NCBI GenBank assembly: GCA_038997165.1
Contig: JAWBAK010000001.1
Span: 192,001 to 256,000, forward strand
Source: Candidatus Aenigmatarchaeota archaeon
GTDB lineage: Archaea; Aenigmatarchaeota; Aenigmatarchaeia; CG10238-14; SpSt-28
Reading direction: 5' to 3'
DNA: 64,000 nt
The notes beneath the pieces were generated by a model. It saw only the letters and a list, made by a program, of their open reading frames with translations. It was not told where the DNA came from and did no database searches. The number at the start of each line of letters is the position of its first letter. Position 1 is the stretch's first letter. This document shows positions 59,598 through 64,000 of the stretch, piece after piece. A program made the position numbers and the translations under genes.

Positions 59598-59786
59598 ATG
59601 GCTAAACCTGTAAAAGAAGGTCAAATAGTTGATTTAGAAATAAAAGATATTAGTAAGAGAGGCGATGGAATAGCAAGAATTAACAATTTTATTATTTTTG
59701 TAAAGGGCGCAAAGAGTGGAGAAACTGTAAAGGTAAAAATAATTAAAGTTATGCAAACCTTTGCTATAGGGGTAGCAATGAGATGA
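59598..59786 (+). CDS. Single-TRAM-domain RNA chaperone
   Basis: PVKEG...GDGIARI..FIIFV.GA..GE.VKVKI...FAIG. Confidence 0.93.
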   Translation: MAKPVKEGQIVDLEIKDISKRGDGIARINNFIIFVKGAKSGETVKVKIIKVMQTFAIGVAMR

Positions 59787-59807
59787 CCCCTATTTTTTCT
59801 TTTTTTA
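59766..59807 (+). terminator. Hairpin + T-tract terminator overlapping TRAM stop
   Basis: ATAGGGGT...ACCCCTAT followed by TTTTTCTTTTTTT. Confidence 0.6.
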
Positions 59808-59841
59808 TTAATATTTAAATACTTTTTTAAATAATAACTTT

Positions 59842-61119
59842 ATGACAAGGAAACCACATCTAAACATAGTAATTGTAGGACATGTAGATCAAGGAAAATC
59901 AACACTAGCCGGTAGGTTATTTTATGAAACAGGAGCGATAAGAGAAGATGAGTTAAAGAAGCTAAGAGAACTTGCACAAGAATTTAAAATAGAAGGAGGA
60001 GAATTTGCATATATTTTAGATAGAGAAATAGAAGAAAGAAAAAGAGGAATGACAATAGATATAGCTCATAGACCATTTGAAACGCAAAAATATTTCTTTA
60101 CAATAATAGATGCACCAGGTCATAGAGATTTTGTTAAAAACATGATTACAGGAGCTTCTCAAGCAGATGCTGCAATATTAGTTGTAAGTGCAAAGCCTGG
60201 AGAAGGAATTCAGGCTCAAACAAGAGAGCACGCATATTTAATAAGATCTTTAGGAATTAATCAGTTAATTGTTGCTATTACTAAGATGGATACAGTAAAT
60301 TATGACGAAAATGTTTATAATAAATTAAAAGATGAGATTTTAAATACGCTTTTAAAACCATTAGGATATCCAATAGATAAAATACCTGTAATACCTGTAA
60401 GCGCACAATATGGTGAAAATATAACTAAAAAGAGTGAAAAAATGCCATGGTATAAAGGACCTTGCTTAGTTGAAGCATTAGATATGTTACAAGTACCACC
60501 AAGACCTGTTGATAAACCATTAAGAATTCCTATACAAGATGTATTTAGCATTACAGGTGTAGGTACTGTACCTGTTGGAAGAGTTGAAAGTGGAAGATTA
60601 AAGGTAGGAGATACAGTAATTTTTGAACCAAGTGGAATAAAAGGTGAAGTAAAATCTATAGAAATGCATCATCAACCAATGCAAGAAGCATTACCTGGAG
60701 ATAATATTGGTTTTAACGTTAGAGGTGTAGCAAAAACAGATATTAGAAGAGGGGATGTTGCTGGACATCCTTCAAATCCACCAACTGTTGCAAAAGAGTT
60801 TATAGCTCAAGTAGTTATTTTAGAACATCCAACATCTATTTCAGTAGGTTATACTCCAGTATTTCATATACATACAGCTACAGTAGCAGGAAAAATAGTT
60901 GAAATTATTGCTAAAATAGATCCAAGAACAGGACAAGAAATAGAAAAAAATCCACAATTTATTAAAAAGGGAGATGTTGCAAAAATAAGAGTTCAACCAT
61001 TAAAGCCAGTAGTTGTTGAAAAGTTTTCAGAGTTTCCAGCTTTAGGAAGATTTGCAATGAGAGATATGGGAATTACAGTTGGAGCAGGAATAGTTTTGGA
61101 TGTAGTAAAAGCTAAATAA
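59842..61119 (+). CDS. tuf: Elongation factor 1-alpha
   Basis: [33 protein letters not shown] and GRFAMRDMG. Confidence 0.99.
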   Translation: MTRKPHLNIVIVGHVDQGKSTLAGRLFYETGAIREDELKKLRELAQEFKIEGGEFAYILDREIEERKRGMTIDIAHRPFETQKYFFTIIDAPGHRDFVKNMITGASQADAAILVVSAKPGEGIQAQTREHAYLIRSLGINQLIVAITKMDTVNYDENVYNKLKDEILNTLLKPLGYPIDKIPVIPVSAQYGENITKKSEKMPWYKGPCLVEALDMLQVPPRPVDKPLRIPIQDVFSITGVGTVPVGRVESGRLKVGDTVIFEPSGIKGEVKSIEMHHQPMQEALPGDNIGFNVRGVAKTDIRRGDVAGHPSNPPTVAKEFIAQVVILEHPTSISVGYTPVFHIHTATVAGKIVEIIAKIDPRTGQEIEKNPQFIKKGDVAKIRVQPLKPVVVEKFSEFPALGRFAMRDMGITVGAGIVLDVVKAK

Positions 61120-61136
61120 TTCTTTTTTTATTTTTT

Positions 61137-61832
61137 ATGTGGTTAAAAAGATTAAATGCACCAAAGTTTTGGAAACAAGAGCCAAAAAAGTATAAATATT
61201 CTGTTAATCCATCTTGTGGTCCTCATCCAAAAGATTATTGTATACCGTTAGCAATTATTGTTAGAGATATATTAAAATATGCAGAAAATTTAAAAGAAGC
61301 TAAACAAATTATTAAACAAAGAAAAGTTCTTGTAGATCAAAGAGTTGTAACAGATTATAAGTTTCCATGTGGATTATTTGATGTGATTTCTTTTCCAGAA
61401 ATTAATGAGCACTATAGAATTACTGCAAATAAATATGGATTGTATTTAATAAAAATAAAAGAGGATGAGGCTAATTTAAAAATAGTTAAAGTAAAAAGAA
61501 AAACAAAAATATCTAATGATACTTATCAATTAACTTTTCATGATGGAAAAAATATTTTAACAAAAAACAATTCAATTAAAACTCACGATAGTTTATTGAT
61601 AGAATTACCTTATTTTAAAATTTTAGATCATCTAAAATTTGAAAAAAATTTTTTAGCTTTTGTTTTTAGAGGAAACAATAGTGGAAAAATAGGTAAAATT
61701 ATTAATATAACTGAAGGAGGTTTTAATAGAGCATGGTTAGTAGAAATAGAAGCTGAAAATGAAAAAATCTCTACAATAAGGGATTATGTAATTATAGTTG
61801 GAAAAGAAGATTCTTTAATAACATTGCAATAA
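61137..61832 (+). CDS. rps4e: 30S ribosomal protein eS4
   Basis: LKRLNAP..W, GPH, FPCGLFDV and HDGKN. Confidence 0.97.
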   Translation: MWLKRLNAPKFWKQEPKKYKYSVNPSCGPHPKDYCIPLAIIVRDILKYAENLKEAKQIIKQRKVLVDQRVVTDYKFPCGLFDVISFPEINEHYRITANKYGLYLIKIKEDEANLKIVKVKRKTKISNDTYQLTFHDGKNILTKNNSIKTHDSLLIELPYFKILDHLKFEKNFLAFVFRGNNSGKIGKIINITEGGFNRAWLVEIEAENEKISTIRDYVIIVGKEDSLITLQ

Positions 61833-61833
61833 A

Positions 61834-62334
61834 ATGGAAAAAGAAAATATAATGAGAAAAAAAATATTTTTAGAGAAAGTAGTTATAAATATAGGTTGTG
61901 GAGGCGATATGGAAAAAATAGAAAGAGCTAAAAAATTATTAGAAAAAATGTTTCCAAATAGAAAAATTGCTATTACTTATTCTAAAAAAAGATCTACATT
62001 TGGTGTTCCTAAGGGAAAACCTATAGGAGTTATGTTGACATTAAGAAGAAATGAAGCAATAGAATTTGCAAAAAAAGTTTTTAAGGCATATGAAAATAAA
62101 ATTCCTTCGAGTGTTTTTGATGATTATGGAAATTTTAGTTTAGGAATTAAAAAATATATTGATTTAGGAATTAAATATGATCATACTATTGGATTATTGG
62201 GTATGGATGTTTGCTTTTCATTAAGAAAGCCAGGATATAAATTAAAAGACGGAACAATTTCTAAAAAACAAAGGGTTACAAAAGAAGAGGCAATAAAATT
62301 TGTAAAAGAATTCTTTAATGTTGATGTTGTTTAG
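61834..62334 (+). CDS. rpl5: 50S ribosomal protein uL5
   Basis: EKVVINIG, PIGVMLTLR, FDDYGNFSLGI and GMDV. Confidence 0.97.
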   Translation: MEKENIMRKKIFLEKVVINIGCGGDMEKIERAKKLLEKMFPNRKIAITYSKKRSTFGVPKGKPIGVMLTLRRNEAIEFAKKVFKAYENKIPSSVFDDYGNFSLGIKKYIDLGIKYDHTIGLLGMDVCFSLRKPGYKLKDGTISKKQRVTKEEAIKFVKEFFNVDVV

Positions 62335-62363
62335 ATAAATTTATAGATTTCTACTTCTTTATT

Positions 62364-62564
62364 ATGGTTTTTGAAGATGAAATAATAAAAGAAGAAATAG
62401 CAGGAATAGTAAATGCTTTTTTAATGTTAAAAATAAAAATAGAGGGAAAAGTAGTTTTTGATAAAATATCGAAAAATCTAGAAAGTGTAATTTATAACGC
62501 TTTAGAAAAGGGATTTGTTGATGAAATAGATGCACTAAGTATTTTTGGATTTGTAGCATATTAA
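62364..62564 (+). CDS. Small hypothetical protein
   Basis: 66-aa ORF between rpl5 and rps14, co-oriented with both. Confidence 0.55.
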   Translation: MVFEDEIIKEEIAGIVNAFLMLKIKIEGKVVFDKISKNLESVIYNALEKGFVDEIDALSIFGFVAY

Positions 62565-62566
62565 TT

Positions 62567-62746
62567 ATGGATCCATCATTAAGAGTTCCATTTCAACCAA
62601 AAAAGAAAAGAGCACATGGAAGAGAAAATTTTAGATGTAGAAAATGCAATTCAACAAGAGGAGTTATAAGAAAATATGGAATAATGCTTTGTAGGAAATG
62701 TTTTAGAGAAGAAGCGAAAAGATTAGGATTTGTAAGATATAACTAA
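62567..62746 (+). CDS. rps14: 30S ribosomal protein uS14, Zn type (59 aa, not in ORF track)
   Basis: RCRKCNSTRGVIRKYGIMLCRKCFREEAKRLGFVRYN. Confidence 0.96.
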   Translation: MDPSLRVPFQPKKKRAHGRENFRCRKCNSTRGVIRKYGIMLCRKCFREEAKRLGFVRYN

Positions 62747-63000
62747 TCTTCTATTATAACTTTTTTCATTAATGCATAACCACTTAAACCTTCTCTAAAT
62801 CTTACTAAAACTCTTCCTCTATTTCCATGAGCTCTTATAATTTTTCCAATCTTCTTTTTATTATTAATCTCTAAAATTACTTTTTTTCCTATTAATTTTA
62901 ATGCATCTTTTCTATTATTTATCCCATCTATTTCTACAATTACTTGATTTCTGTTTTTATTGTGATTGCTTAATCTAAAATTTAATATTACTCCTTCCAT
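62743..63000 (-). CDS. rpl35ae: 50S ribosomal protein eL33 (L35Ae)
   Basis: GVILNFR, LIGKKV and GKIIRAHGNRGRVLVRF. Confidence 0.95.
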   Translation of the reverse strand: MEGVILNFRLSNHNKNRNQVIVEIDGINNRKDALKLIGKKVILEINNKKKIGKIIRAHGNRGRVLVRFREGLSGYALMKKVIIED

Positions 63001-63004
63001 ATTT

Positions 63005-63277
63005 TTAGATTAATCCTTTTGATTTTAATAAAGTTTCTAATTTATCTAGTTTTGAATTAATCATTTCTAAATAAATTCTTAAATTTTCAATTTTTGTTTC
63101 TATTAAAGAAAATTTATCTTGTGTTTGTTGTGATTGTGATTGGATTGGTAAAGAAATTTCTGAAGGTTTTTGAATATTTTCAATAGGTTTTGATAATTCA
63201 GATTCTTTAAATTCTTTCTCGATAATTTTTAAATCTTCTCCTTTTTCTTTTTTCTTAAAAATATTAAATAAGGCCAT
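63005..63277 (-). CDS. Hypothetical protein with C-terminal coiled coil
   Basis: MALFNIFKKK start; LIETKIENLR...INSKLDKLE. Confidence 0.65.
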   Translation of the reverse strand: MALFNIFKKKEKGEDLKIIEKEFKESELSKPIENIQKPSEISLPIQSQSQQTQDKFSLIETKIENLRIYLEMINSKLDKLETLLKSKGLI

Positions 63278-63298
63278 AAATTATATATTAAAATATTA

Positions 63299-64000
63299 TT
63301 ATTCTTTTTTTCTTTCTAAATTTTCTAAAACTTTTGCAACATCTCTAATCATTAATCTAACACTTTCTCTTAATTTATATACTTCTTCAAAATTTACTTT
63401 ATGAGTTTTTCCTTCTAATATTAAAGAATAAATTTCATCAATTCTTTTTAATATTTCTAAATAATCTGGAGAAATATATTCATTCTTAATGAACTTTTCA
63501 ATAAAGTTTTGAACTAAATTTTCTTCGTTAAATTCTACATTTAAAGTTTTTAAAGCTCTTCTCATTAGTTCTCTTGAAACTTCTCTGGTTTTTGAAGCAA
63601 TACTTTCAATTTTTTTAATTTCCAAAACACTTAATAATAATATCATTTTTTCTACAAATTTTTGAGCTCTTTCGATCCATAAATCAACTTCTTCACCTTT
63701 TATATCTCTTATTTCTTGATGTTCAATTTTTTTTCTTAATTCTACAATTTCTCTTATCCATTCTGCATATTCTTGCTCTACTAAATTTTTATCAACTAAT
63801 TCTTTTTTAAATTCTTCATATAATTTTGATGGTGCGGGAGGAGCTTTTCCTAAAAACATTAATAGTGCTTGTGCTGAATTAACAATTGCATAATAACAAT
63901 CTTCAGCTATTTGTAATAATTTTACTGATTTTGCTCTGAGAATTTTTTTTGGTGCATCTTCTATATATTTTTCTATTGCTTCTCTAGTTAATGGTATTTT
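63299..64000 (-). CDS. HEPN-domain protein (5' part outside window)
   Basis: Frame is open to the window edge: ...AEDCYYAIVNSAQALLMFLG..PP.P...ELRKKIEH (R-x4-H). Confidence 0.7.
   Translation of the reverse strand, partial: KIPLTREAIEKYIEDAPKKILRAKSVKLLQIAEDCYYAIVNSAQALLMFLGKAPPAPSKLYEEFKKELVDKNLVEQEYAEWIREIVELRKKIEHQEIRDIKGEEVDLWIERAQKFVEKMILLLSVLEIKKIESIASKTREVSRELMRRALKTLNVEFNEENLVQNFIEKFIKNEYISPDYLEILKRIDEIYSLILEGKTHKVNFEEVYKLRESVRLMIRDVAKVLENLERKKE

Overview
Gene-dense, very AT-rich archaeal chromosome segment. The reduced metabolism, scrambled ribosomal-protein operons and apparently leaderless genes suggest a DPANN-type lineage, and the GC-rich structural RNAs suggest a thermophile; both are inferences. 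The window holds many translation genes (ProRS, EF-1a, about 18 r-proteins, TrmI, Elp3, Trm9-like, RNase P Pop5/Rpp30), four tRNAs (Pro-TGG, Asp-GTC with intron, Leu-TAG, Gln-TTG with intron) and a stand-alone 5S rRNA. It also encodes TopoVI A/B, FtsZ/MinD, SRP54/FtsY, GAPDH/PGK and AglB. The most striking locus is 39.5-48 kb: histone, GT4, RPA, RadA, Bud32, wHTH, then six phased 21-bp repeats, an AT-rich tract and an inverted repeat copy, then an AT-hook wHTH, a catalytically eroded DP1-like protein and a PolB with a PolD-DP2-like C-terminal Zn finger. This reads as a candidate iteron-type replication origin next to a eukaryote-like PolB/B-subunit pair. Other signals are a perfect K-loop upstream of a TRAM gene, an identical 18-bp palindrome at two sites, a duplicated basic micro-ORF, an Elp3/Trm9/tRNA-Gln(UUG) cluster, an orphan PqqD operon, a solo Cas4, an AEP-primase fusion and an nnrD pseudogene. 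All protein assignments come from motif recognition by eye; no database searches were run.
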